64,000 nt of DNA from Muribaculaceae bacterium (GTDB lineage Bacteria > Bacteroidota > Bacteroidia > Bacteroidales > Muribaculaceae): contig JAGASI010000025.1 in NCBI GenBank assembly GCA_017621845.1, forward strand, positions 7,619 to 71,618, written 5' to 3'. Shown piece after piece: positions 1 to 9,174 of the stretch. The notes beneath the pieces were generated by a model that saw only the letters and a list, made by a program, of their open reading frames with translations, made no database searches and was not told the DNA's origin. Numbering within the stretch: position 1 is the first letter of the stretch; each line of letters opens with the position of its first letter. A program made the position numbers and the translations under genes.

Positions 1-2
1 AA

Positions 3-1247
3 GCCTTTGAAGCAGCCAACAAAGTCACCCTCAAGGATGGACAATGGGACGCCGATAACAAAGCCGTGTGGGTATTTGATGTCACCGACCCTAAAGCCGT
101 ATACTTTCCCAAAACAATGCTTGGCATCGACTGGGGTGAGGGCGAAATGTATCTCGGCATCCCCTCTACAGCCGACCCCGTATGGAACAACGGCGTCATG
201 ACTGCTCCTCCACGAGGCATAGCTATCGGTGACAACACCGGCGCCGTAGCCGTAAACATGCGTGGCCAATTCCGCCTCACCATACCCGGAACCACAGAAC
301 TCGACTACCGACTCTCACTAACTACCGATGACGAGTGTCTCTCCAACCGCAAAACACAAGGTCAGCTATTTGTCGGATCGGACATTGCAACCGTCAAGTG
401 TGGCATCTTCAACGATGGATTTGAGGACGAGATGATCTCAATGTACAAGACCACCGTTTCCAACGGCTCGACAGTCACCTTCAGCGGTAATGTCTCTATC
501 GAAATGGAACCCGAAGTCAACAAACTCATCATTGTATTTGTGGGTCTTGACGCATCAGGCTCTCAAGTGGCACAGACATGGAAAACATTCTACTATGTCG
601 ACTCAGCCGACAACGCCGACTGGCAAGACGAGGGTATCGCCAAGTTTACCAACTCACTCACAAGCACTTTTTATAACACTCCCGTCGAGACATACGAGTG
701 CCGACTCCAACGACACAAATACCGTCCCGGCTACCTGAGACTCGTCAACCCATTTGAAAAGAGTCCATACAATCAAGACCGATATATGCATCGCGGTCAT
801 GACCACTTCATCTATATTGTTGCCGATGATCCCGAGCTGATTTACCTCGATCAATCACCTCTTGGACTCGACTTCGGCCATGGGCAATGCCGTGTATGGA
901 GCGATGTCGGCTACTACCTGGCTGCCGGATTTGACCCTGATGAATGTAAAGAACTCGAGATGGGTATCAAAGTAGATGGCCAGACCTGGGTCTGCCCTGA
1001 CGAACATGCCCAGTTCTCAGCCCTCGATTATGACAACGCCGACTGGTATTATGCCCCTACCGGCACCACCATCGAGATGCCCGAAAACTTCTCACTCGGT
1101 GTCAAGGACATCATCGCCAACGATGACAACACCAATGCTCCTGTAGAATACTTCTCCATCGACGGCCGTCGCATAAACCCCGCCGAGACACGAGGTCTGG
1201 TAATACGCCGTCAAGGCTCTAACGTCACCAAACAAGTCATCAGATAA
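3..1247 (+). CDS. Secreted protein with Bacteroidales T9SS-type C-terminal sorting domain; 5' end truncated by the window edge
   Basis: Frame is open from base 3 (AFEAANKVTL...) into ORF 66..1247. It ends VEYFSIDGRRINPAETRGLVIRRQGSNVTKQVIR, a CTD-like tail. No catalytic motif recognised. Confidence 0.7.
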   Translation, partial: AFEAANKVTLKDGQWDADNKAVWVFDVTDPKAVYFPKTMLGIDWGEGEMYLGIPSTADPVWNNGVMTAPPRGIAIGDNTGAVAVNMRGQFRLTIPGTTELDYRLSLTTDDECLSNRKTQGQLFVGSDIATVKCGIFNDGFEDEMISMYKTTVSNGSTVTFSGNVSIEMEPEVNKLIIVFVGLDASGSQVAQTWKTFYYVDSADNADWQDEGIAKFTNSLTSTFYNTPVETYECRLQRHKYRPGYLRLVNPFEKSPYNQDRYMHRGHDHFIYIVADDPELIYLDQSPLGLDFGHGQCRVWSDVGYYLAAGFDPDECKELEMGIKVDGQTWVCPDEHAQFSALDYDNADWYYAPTGTTIEMPENFSLGVKDIIANDDNTNAPVEYFSIDGRRINPAETRGLVIRRQGSNVTKQVIR

Positions 1248-1271
1248 CCCAACAATAGCCTAAATTACCAT

Positions 1272-1314
1272 ACGTCCCGACCGTGCCTGCCCCACGGTCG
1301 GGACGTGTTTTTTT
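1272..1314 (+). terminator. Rho-independent terminator
   Basis: 14-bp stem acgtcccgaccgtg/cacggtcgggacgt (1272-1285/1293-1306) followed by a T-rich tract, just after the stop at 1247. Confidence 0.9.
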
Positions 1315-1364
1315 CTTTCCGTGCGACTTTTTATAACCGCCCAAATTTTGTAAAAATTTGCTAA

Positions 1365-1396
1365 TTTGGTGGTTTAAAGTATTTTGCTTAACTTTG
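1365..1396 (+). promoter_or_regulatory. Bacteroidetes primary-sigma promoter for the muramidase gene
   Basis: TTTG (1365-1368), 20-nt spacer, TAACTTTG (1389-1396). Confidence 0.7.
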
Positions 1397-1473
1397 CCGA
1401 ACATTAACCTCTCTTATTTCGTTCTCATCTCGGGATGCGTGGAGCATCTCACTGAGTTTTATTACACATTTTT

Positions 1474-2292
1474 ATGAATAGACTTGTTACAATATTACTG
1501 ACATGCGTTGCCGCGCTATTGCCGGGATTCATGCTCATGAGTTCAGCCAAGTCGTCATCCATGACTACTCCTCACCGCCCCGGAAAAACCGAGGCCCAAG
1601 AACAACATCATTACAAAATTGTCAACGGCGACACCATATATCTCGAGGTAGACCCCGAACAGCGTCACGGCCGTCTCTCAGAAGATGACTACCGCGAGGT
1701 TGCCCAAGAACTCGGTGTCGAGGTTGCCGCCATCAAGGCTGTCGTCGATATCGAGGCCGGACGTTCACATGAGGGCTTCTGGGCTGAAGGAAAGCCCCTC
1801 ATCAACTTTGACCTCGCGATGTTCCGCCGCTTTGCCGCCAAAAACCGTGTCAACCTCGGCAAATATGCCTATTCTCACGCCGTAGTGTTTGCCCGGCCCA
1901 ACGTTAGACGATATGGCTCCCAACAAGCCGGACAACAGGCCCGACTCGATGCGGCGCGTTCTATTCACAACCTCTCGGCAATACAAGGCACATTCTGGGG
2001 AATGTTCCAGATTGGAGGATTTAACTGGCAACGTTGTGGCACATCATCACCCGACGAATTTGTTACTCTCATGAGCCGTTCTGAGCGAGACCAACTCGAG
2101 CTGTTCGCCAACTTTATACGCAACAGTGGCCTGCTACCCCACCTCAGGAACAAAAACTGGTCGGCTTTTGCCAACGGCTACAACGGTTCAAGCTATGCCG
2201 CACGCGGATACCACACCCGATTGGCCTCTTCCTATGCCAAGCATAAGCGCTCTGAGCCTGCGACTCCCGTACATTCCTCTATCCAAAATTAA
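1474..2292 (+). CDS. N-acetylmuramidase family protein (DUF3380-like) with N-terminal signal/membrane segment
   Basis: AQELGVEVAAIKAVVDIEAG (catalytic Glu region), WGMFQIGGFNW, NWSAFANGYNG and YHTRLASSY match the DUF3380 pattern. N-terminus is hydrophobic. Confidence 0.8.
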   Translation: MNRLVTILLTCVAALLPGFMLMSSAKSSSMTTPHRPGKTEAQEQHHYKIVNGDTIYLEVDPEQRHGRLSEDDYREVAQELGVEVAAIKAVVDIEAGRSHEGFWAEGKPLINFDLAMFRRFAAKNRVNLGKYAYSHAVVFARPNVRRYGSQQAGQQARLDAARSIHNLSAIQGTFWGMFQIGGFNWQRCGTSSPDEFVTLMSRSERDQLELFANFIRNSGLLPHLRNKNWSAFANGYNGSSYAARGYHTRLASSYAKHKRSEPATPVHSSIQN

Positions 2293-2326
2293 CACGCTTT
2301 AGTGACCTCCTGTCATAATTATTTGT

Positions 2327-2334
2327 TACTTTTG
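2327..2334 (+). promoter_or_regulatory. -7 promoter box for galE
   Basis: TACTTTTG 22 nt upstream of the ATG. Confidence 0.55.
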
Positions 2335-2356
2335 TGACACATAAAAACACCCCACT

Positions 2357-3388
2357 ATGACTTCCAACAAGACAGTACTCATCTCAGGTGGTGCCGGATA
2401 CATCGGCTCCCATACAGCCGTCGAACTCATCAACGCCAACTATGATGTAATCATCATTGACAACCTCTCCAACTCCGAGCTATCGGCAATCGACGGGATT
2501 AAGAAAATCACCGGTCGACAAGACTTGACATTTATTCAAGTCGACACATGTGACTATGAGGCACTGAAAAAAGTATTTGACAACTACCAATTTGACTCGG
2601 TAATACACTTTGCCGCGTTTAAAGCTGTCGGGGAGTCAGTCGACGAGCCCTTGAAATACTACATGAACAACCTCATGTCGTTCATGAACATCATTGACCT
2701 GATGAAAAAATATGAACGCCCCAACGTTCTGTTCTCATCATCAGCCACCGTTTACGGCGAGTCGGACGACCTGCCCGTTACCGAGGAGTCTCCCCGCATG
2801 CCGGCCACATCTCCCTATGGCAACACCAAACAGATGGCCGAGGACATCCTGCGTGACTGTGCCAACGCCTACAAGGGTCTCCACGGCATCGCACTGCGAT
2901 ATTTCAATCCTATAGGCGCTCACCCCTCGGCTCTCATTGGCGAGCTACCCCGCGGTGTCCCCAACAATCTTGTACCATACATCACACAGACCGCCGCCGG
3001 CATACGTGAATGTCTCAATGTCTTTGGAGGAGACTACCCCACTCCCGACGGCTCGTGTCTAAGAGACTTTATCGACATCGTCGACCTGGCCAGAGCCCAT
3101 GTCGCAACTATTGATCGAATGACACAAGGCAAAATGGAAGCCCCATACGAAATTTTCAATATCGGCACCGGACGACCCGTATCGGTACTCGAGCTTATAA
3201 CGACATTTGAACACGTGAACAACCTCAATCTACCATACCGCATCACCGACCGACGTCAAGGCGACATCGCCGCCCTTTGGGCCGACGTGACCCGTGCCAA
3301 CGAAGTCCTCGGATGGAAAGCCTCTCGCTCCCTCGACCAAACACTTTCAGCGGCTTGGGCATGGCAAAAACACCTCGCCCAGATATAA
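2357..3388 (+). CDS. galE: UDP-glucose 4-epimerase
   Basis: GGAGYIGSH, FAAFKAVGES, SSSATVYG, YGNTK (YxxxK), LRYFNPIGAHPS. Confidence 0.96.
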   Translation: MTSNKTVLISGGAGYIGSHTAVELINANYDVIIIDNLSNSELSAIDGIKKITGRQDLTFIQVDTCDYEALKKVFDNYQFDSVIHFAAFKAVGESVDEPLKYYMNNLMSFMNIIDLMKKYERPNVLFSSSATVYGESDDLPVTEESPRMPATSPYGNTKQMAEDILRDCANAYKGLHGIALRYFNPIGAHPSALIGELPRGVPNNLVPYITQTAAGIRECLNVFGGDYPTPDGSCLRDFIDIVDLARAHVATIDRMTQGKMEAPYEIFNIGTGRPVSVLELITTFEHVNNLNLPYRITDRRQGDIAALWADVTRANEVLGWKASRSLDQTLSAAWAWQKHLAQI

Positions 3389-3415
3389 GAGCTTGTACCT
3401 GACAGATTGCACATC

Positions 3416-4321
3416 CTATCGCCTTGAAGCGAGAATACCAAGCAATCGGTGTGTAAACTGATAATTCTTCAACCCCCAGCGGGGATATATCAATAAATCG
3501 GCCGGTGACTGGGAGACAAATCGCTCTATAGCTATATCCTTTCTCAGCCGACCTATAATCGTTGCACACAAGTCAAGATACTTCTCTACTGTCAATTCCA
3601 TCATTCCACAACCCTGTAAGCCTCCACTCTCATACATCCTTGCCAACCGGGTTCCCTTTACCACCTGCAACTGATGGAATTTCACGGTACTCACCGGCAA
3701 AGTATTAATTCGCTCTATAGTCTTGAGTATCATCGGCTCCGTCTCGCCCGGCAACCCCAAGATAAAGTGCAATCCCACGTCAATACCGACATCACTCGTC
3801 CGCATGACGGCATCCTCGGTCACCGCCCATGTGTGACAGCGATTTATACGAGCCAGCGTTTCATCATGACTCGACTCAGCCCCATATTCTATTATCACAC
3901 GCTTAGCTCCACCATTAAGTATAGCAAGTTCTTTCAATAGTTCATCGGGCATACAGTCGGGTCGCGTGCCAATTATCAACCCTATCACATCATCTACCTC
4001 CAGAGCTCGACGATACATAGACATCAGCCGGTCCATATCACCATAAGTATTGGTATACGACTGGAAATAAGCCAGGTATCTCATGTCGGAATACTTACGT
4101 CCAAAAAAACACCGCGAGGCTTCCAACTGATCTACAATATCATCACCCACACCCATCTCGGGCGAAAAAGCAGTGTTATTGCAGTAAATACAGCCACCGC
4201 GACCGATGGTTCCATCCCGATTGGGACAACCAAGACGCGTGTTCACCGTAAGCTTCTGTATCTTGCCGGGACCAAAAGTATCGGCAAGATAATCAGAATA
4301 ATCTCTATAATAGGAATTCAT
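3416..4321 (-). CDS. TIGR01212-family radical SAM protein (YhcC/YtqA-like)
   Basis: [16 protein letters not shown] cluster motif, [16 protein letters not shown]. Start overlaps the aroC stop (ATGA). Confidence 0.88.
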   Translation of the reverse strand: MNSYYRDYSDYLADTFGPGKIQKLTVNTRLGCPNRDGTIGRGGCIYCNNTAFSPEMGVGDDIVDQLEASRCFFGRKYSDMRYLAYFQSYTNTYGDMDRLMSMYRRALEVDDVIGLIIGTRPDCMPDELLKELAILNGGAKRVIIEYGAESSHDETLARINRCHTWAVTEDAVMRTSDVGIDVGLHFILGLPGETEPMILKTIERINTLPVSTVKFHQLQVVKGTRLARMYESGGLQGCGMMELTVEKYLDLCATIIGRLRKDIAIERFVSQSPADLLIYPRWGLKNYQFTHRLLGILASRR

Positions 4322-5397
4322 ATCCGAGAACTACGACCAAGAAGTACAGCATCCAATATGGTCATCGCAGCCATCGCCTCGACTACCGGTACAGCTCTTG
4401 GCACCACACATGGATCATGACGCCCGCGAGCCCGTAGTTTGACATCTACTCCATCACGGTCTACCGTTTCCTGCTCACACAATAACGTTGCCACCGGCTT
4501 AAAAGCCACTTTCAGATATATCGGCTCGCCATTGGAGATGCCACCCTGTATGCCCCCGGAATAATTAGACCGGGGTGTGATACCACGCGGGTCGTGAGGA
4601 TTACTCATCCATGTGTCATTTACCTCACTGCCACGGTGACGCGAGCCTTCAAAGCCCATGCCTATTTCAACGCCCTTGGAGGCATTTATCGACATCATGG
4701 CCATGGCAAGTCTCGCCGAGAGCTTGTCAAAAATAGGCTCACCAATGCCGGCCGGGACTCCGGTGATGACACATTTAACAACTCCGCCAACGGTGTCACC
4801 TTCACTTTTGACCCGTCGTATCAATGCCTCCATCTCGGTGGCCTTATCGGCTACAGGACAACGCACAATGTTAGATTCTATATCGCCTTCTTTATAAGTG
4901 TACGGTTCTTCAAGTGAAATATCCCCTATCGAATAGGTATAAGCCTCTATCTTGATACCCATCGTGGCAAGTGCTTGCCGTGCCAAGGCTCCCCCCACAA
5001 CTGCAGCAATGGTAACACGTGCCGATGACCGTCCACCGCCACGATGATCTCTGAAGCCATATTTGGCATCATAAGTATAATCGGCATGGGATGGCCGGTA
5101 AACATCCCTGAGATTATCATAATCTACCGAATGTTGGTCCTCGTTCCTGACGATAAATCCTATTGGCGCTCCCGTCGAGCGACCCTCAAAGATGCCCGAC
5201 AACAACTCCACGCGGTCTTTCTCGTCTCGGCCGGTGACTATGTCTGACTGACCGGGACGGCGGCGTCCAAGCTGATATTGTATAGCATCGGCATCTATAA
5301 GTACTCCGGCCGGCATACCGTCGACCACACCGCCGATTGCCGCGCCATGACTCTCGCCAAATGCTGTCAGCCTGTATATCTGTCCTATCGTATTCAT
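4318..5397 (-). CDS. aroC: Chorismate synthase
   Basis: [43 protein letters not shown]. Confidence 0.97.
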   Translation of the reverse strand: MNTIGQIYRLTAFGESHGAAIGGVVDGMPAGVLIDADAIQYQLGRRRPGQSDIVTGRDEKDRVELLSGIFEGRSTGAPIGFIVRNEDQHSVDYDNLRDVYRPSHADYTYDAKYGFRDHRGGGRSSARVTIAAVVGGALARQALATMGIKIEAYTYSIGDISLEEPYTYKEGDIESNIVRCPVADKATEMEALIRRVKSEGDTVGGVVKCVITGVPAGIGEPIFDKLSARLAMAMMSINASKGVEIGMGFEGSRHRGSEVNDTWMSNPHDPRGITPRSNYSGGIQGGISNGEPIYLKVAFKPVATLLCEQETVDRDGVDVKLRARGRHDPCVVPRAVPVVEAMAAMTILDAVLLGRSSRI

Positions 5398-5885
5398 TTT
5401 ATCAAATCTGTTACCGTAGCTCCTACATAGTCTGCCAAATCCTTGGGTGCAATCTCAATCTGCAGTCCACGTTGGCCGGCACTTATAAATATCGTTTCAT
5501 ACTCCATTGCCGACTCATGGATAAACGTCGGAAACGGTTTTTTCATCCCTATCGAGGTGCAACCGCCACGTATATACCCGGTCAACGGCAACAACTGCTT
5601 CATCGCGATCAGGTCGGCCTTCTTGGCACCGGCAACCTTGGCGGCCTTCTTCAAGTCAACCTCGGCATCTCCCGGCACCACACATACAAAATACCCGGCG
5701 CGATCGCCTTCAAGTACCAATGTCTTGAAAACCCTCTTTATATCCTCGCCAAGCTCCTCGGCTACATGCGTGGCCTCAAGATGGTTTTCATCAACCTCAT
5801 ATGGCACCAACCTGTAATTAATCCCGGCACGGTCAAGCAATCGTGCCGCGTTGGTCTTGGAAATATCCTTACTTTTCTTATTCAT
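5394..5885 (-). CDS. ybaK: Cys-tRNA(Pro) deacylase
   Basis: [37 protein letters not shown]. Confidence 0.92.
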   Translation of the reverse strand: MNKKSKDISKTNAARLLDRAGINYRLVPYEVDENHLEATHVAEELGEDIKRVFKTLVLEGDRAGYFVCVVPGDAEVDLKKAAKVAGAKKADLIAMKQLLPLTGYIRGGCTSIGMKKPFPTFIHESAMEYETIFISAGQRGLQIEIAPKDLADYVGATVTDLIK

Positions 5886-5979
5886 TAACTATATCTTATT
5901 CTTATGTAAGTTGTATAAACAATAGTGCTGATTATGTACACGATGACCCAATCATTGCTTATACGACCCATTTAAAACA

Positions 5980-5987
5980 CAAAGGTA
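5980..5987 (-). promoter_or_regulatory. -7 box for the ybaK-aroC-radical SAM operon, divergent from polA
   Basis: Plus-strand caaaggta reads TACCTTTG on the minus strand. Confidence 0.65.
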
Positions 5988-6009
5988 ATGAAAAAACATG
6001 ATTTTTTTA

Positions 6010-6017
6010 TATCTTTG
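6010..6017 (+). promoter_or_regulatory. -7 box for polA, abutting the start codon
   Basis: TATCTTTG ends 5 nt before the ATG at 6023. Confidence 0.7.
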
Positions 6018-6022
6018 CCATC

Positions 6023-8797
6023 ATGAAAAAGTTATTCCTGCTTGATGCTTATGCGCTAATATATCGCGCCTATTATGCCTTGATACGTTCACCGCGTGTC
6101 ACTTCTGACGGACGCAACACCTCGGCCATCTTTGGTTTCTGCAACACCCTCGACGATATTCTCAAAAAAGAAAACCCGCCATACATCGCCGTGTGCTTTG
6201 ATCCACCGGGTGGTCACACCTTCCGTCACGAGATATATGACCAATACAAGGCTCAGCGCGACAAACAGCCTGAGGATATAACCATGTCGGTTCCAATCAT
6301 CAAGGATATAATCCGAGCCATGGGTATTCAGGTTATCGAGGTCGAGGGATATGAGGCTGACGATGTCATCGGCACTCTCGCCACCCGCGCCGCCGCCCGG
6401 GACATGGTGACCTACATGATGACACCTGACAAAGACTATGGACAGCTTGTAACCGATAACATTTACATGTACCGTCCGGCTCTTAAAGGACGTGACTTTG
6501 AGGTAAGAGGGCCCAAGGAAGTGTGCGAGCGATATGGCATCAGCTCACCTTCTCAGGTCATTGACCTGCTGGCCCTCGAGGGTGACGTCAGTGACAACAT
6601 CCCGGGATGCCCGGGAGTAGGAGAAAAGACCGCCGTAAAACTCATCAACGAATATGGCTCGGTCGAAAACCTGATTGCAAACGCATCTGCCATCAAAGGC
6701 GCGCTCGGACGCAAAATTGCCGACAACATCGAACAGATTAAATTCTCCAAATTCTTGGTGACAATCAAAACCGATGTACCAATCGAGGTCACGCCAGAAT
6801 CTCTGATACGTGGCGATGTTGACAACAAACGTCTTCTGGAAATATATAACGATCTGGAATTTAAATCCTTTGCACAACGCCTCAAAGGAGACAGCACCTC
6901 CACAGCCTCCACGGCACCAACCACGGCTATACACGACACCAACTCCATGGGATCGCTGTTTGACATAGACAACGACATCACAGCCGGCATACAACCCACA
7001 ACATCAACCCCGGCTATCAATCCCGAGGATGTTATAACCACCACAGACAATAGTGAGATTACACGATGGTGTGAGACTGCCGCCAATGGGCCGAGACTGG
7101 GACTGTGTGTACTCGCCGACGGAGAGGAAGCCATGAACGCCTCCATCAATGGTATTGCCATGTCTGACCACAATGGCAGTCTTATATATATACCTGTCAC
7201 CGACAACCGCTTGTCCGGTGAAATCACCGACACTCTGGCCGCAGTACTCTCACGGCCTTCCCTAACTATAATATCCCACGCCCTCAAGCGTGACATGATA
7301 TTGCTACACCGTATGGGACTACTCATCACAGCCCCCATATTTGACACCGCCGTCGCTCACTATGTGTTACACCCCGACAAAACCCATCTGTTGACCGACA
7401 TCGCCATGGCCATGCTCTCGGTAACCACCGGTGACTATGCCCTCAGCGCTCTGGAACGGCGCCGTTATCCTCTGGCGACCGGACACGACGCGGCTCCGGC
7501 GGCATGTGAACGGGCTGACGTAGCACGACGCCTCATGCTTCCATTGTCCGACGCTCTCAGGGATACCGGACAACTTGCCCTCGCCACTGACCTGGAATTC
7601 CCACTAATAGGCGTACTCGCGCGCATGGAATGGACCGGAGTGCGTGTCGACTCTCAAGAGCTTGCCAACATGTCTATAGCCATGACCGCGACTCTCCACG
7701 ACCTCGAAGAACAGGTATACTCCCTTGCCGGCTCGCGCTTCAACATCAGCTCGCCTTCTCAGGTGGGAGAAATCTTGTTTGGAAAACTTATGATTGACCC
7801 TAAGGCCCGGCGCACCAAGACCGGCCAGTTCTCGACTACCGAAGAAATTCTCGAGAAACATCGGCACCAATGGCCAATCGTCGACCTTATACTCAAGATA
7901 CGCGGCCTCAAAAAACTGCTCACAACCTATATCGACGCCCTACCTCGATTAGTCAACCCTTACACAGGCAAAATCCACACCACCTTCAACCAGACAGTAA
8001 CTGCCACAGGACGTATTTCTTCCACCAACCCCAATCTACAAAATATTCCTGTACGCACCGACCTCGGTCGCGAGATACGTCGTGCCTTTATCGCCGACCC
8101 CGGTGACATGCTGCTAAGTGCCGACTACTCTCAGATTGAACTACGACTGATGGCCCACTTGTCCGAGGATCCTACAATGATCGAGGCCTTTAACAATGGT
8201 GACGATATCCACCGCGCCACAGCGGCCAAAATATACCACCAACCCATCGACCGGGTTACCGATATCCAACGACGCAATGCCAAGACGGCCAACTTTGGTA
8301 TCATCTATGGCATCTCTCCTTTTGGTCTCAGTGAACGCCTCGGAATACCCCGCGCCGAAGCCAAACAACTAATCGACGGATACAAAACCACCTATCCTCA
8401 AGTGACCGAATACATAGACCGCGTCACCAATCAAGCGCGTAAAGACGGATATGTCAGCACATTATTTGGCCGACGCCGATACCTGCCCGAGATTAACTCG
8501 CGTAATGCCGTAGTCCGTTCCTATGCCGAGCGTAACGCTGTCAATGCTCCCATTCAAGGCTCAGCTGCCGACATCATAAAACTCGCCATGGTCAAGATTG
8601 ACAACGAGATAGAACGACGTGGACTAAAATCGCGCATGATACTCCAAGTCCACGATGAACTCATCTTCAATGTCTCTCCCGACGAGCTACCCATCCTCCA
8701 GACTCTCGTCACCGACGCCATGGAACATGCCTTCCTCGCCCGAGTCCCTCTCTCTGTATCATCAGGCGTTGCCACCAACTGGCTCGAAGCTCACTAG
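6023..8797 (+). CDS. polA: DNA polymerase I
   Basis: 5' nuclease motifs (LLDAYALIYRAY, EADDVIGT, GDVSDNIPG) and polymerase motifs (TATGRISS, ADYSQIELR, AKTANFGIIYG, LQVHDEL). Confidence 0.97.
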   Translation: MKKLFLLDAYALIYRAYYALIRSPRVTSDGRNTSAIFGFCNTLDDILKKENPPYIAVCFDPPGGHTFRHEIYDQYKAQRDKQPEDITMSVPIIKDIIRAMGIQVIEVEGYEADDVIGTLATRAAARDMVTYMMTPDKDYGQLVTDNIYMYRPALKGRDFEVRGPKEVCERYGISSPSQVIDLLALEGDVSDNIPGCPGVGEKTAVKLINEYGSVENLIANASAIKGALGRKIADNIEQIKFSKFLVTIKTDVPIEVTPESLIRGDVDNKRLLEIYNDLEFKSFAQRLKGDSTSTASTAPTTAIHDTNSMGSLFDIDNDITAGIQPTTSTPAINPEDVITTTDNSEITRWCETAANGPRLGLCVLADGEEAMNASINGIAMSDHNGSLIYIPVTDNRLSGEITDTLAAVLSRPSLTIISHALKRDMILLHRMGLLITAPIFDTAVAHYVLHPDKTHLLTDIAMAMLSVTTGDYALSALERRRYPLATGHDAAPAACERADVARRLMLPLSDALRDTGQLALATDLEFPLIGVLARMEWTGVRVDSQELANMSIAMTATLHDLEEQVYSLAGSRFNISSPSQVGEILFGKLMIDPKARRTKTGQFSTTEEILEKHRHQWPIVDLILKIRGLKKLLTTYIDALPRLVNPYTGKIHTTFNQTVTATGRISSTNPNLQNIPVRTDLGREIRRAFIADPGDMLLSADYSQIELRLMAHLSEDPTMIEAFNNGDDIHRATAAKIYHQPIDRVTDIQRRNAKTANFGIIYGISPFGLSERLGIPRAEAKQLIDGYKTTYPQVTEYIDRVTNQARKDGYVSTLFGRRRYLPEINSRNAVVRSYAERNAVNAPIQGSAADIIKLAMVKIDNEIERRGLKSRMILQVHDELIFNVSPDELPILQTLVTDAMEHAFLARVPLSVSSGVATNWLEAH

Positions 8798-8927
8798 TCG
8801 ACAGCCTGAAAACTCCTTGTCTATCAAGAAATATTGCCACTCAGATTACCTCACAGACGAGTCAGTATTACCTTGACTCGCCTTTGTCTCGTCAACCCGG
8901 TTTTTTTTGAAGTACTGAATTTCATTT

Positions 8928-8958
8928 TTTGCTATGACAAAAAAAATGCCTACCTTTG
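8928..8958 (+). promoter_or_regulatory. Promoter for the metK leader
   Basis: TTTG (8928-8931), 19-nt spacer, TACCTTTG (8951-8958). Confidence 0.8.
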
Positions 8959-8962
8959 TGGC

Positions 8963-9148
8963 CCGTGGACAAATTTGGCTGCTTGCAACCACTCAAAAAA
9001 ATGCTAAAACTGCTCGATGTACAGTCTTTCGATACCGCTATGACACGAAAGACTGTCTCCGACCTCCAAACATAGAACACGCGTTTGAGAGCATTTTTTT
9101 CAGCAGTGGTCCGTCACGGTCTATCCAGTCGGTCCACTTCTTTTTTTT
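8963..9148 (+). promoter_or_regulatory. Candidate SAM-II-like riboswitch (aptamer ~8965-9014) with terminator-type expression platform
   Basis: P1 GTGG/CCAC (8965-68/8989-92), loop AUUUG..GCUUGCA, A-rich linker and UGCUAAAA tail match the SAM-II layout as I recall it. It starts at the predicted TSS of metK. A hairpin at 9105-9138 is followed by a U-tract. Confidence 0.72.
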
Positions 9149-9174
9149 GAATTAATAAAAACTCAATCCACACT

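Noticed and set aside
1474-2292. Prophage suggested by the endolysin-type muramidase
   Set aside because: No holin, structural, integrase or replication genes are nearby; it is flanked by host genes with host promoters.
8858-8908. polA terminator (cgagtca/tgactcg plus T8)
   Set aside because: The U-tract is about 20 nt from the stem, so the geometry is not canonical.
8963-9148. SAM-I (S-box), cobalamin or 6S RNA interpretation of the metK leader
   Set aside because: It lacks the AUC/GAU P1, GCAAC and B12-box motifs. The long-range pairings are better explained as a SAM-II antiterminator.
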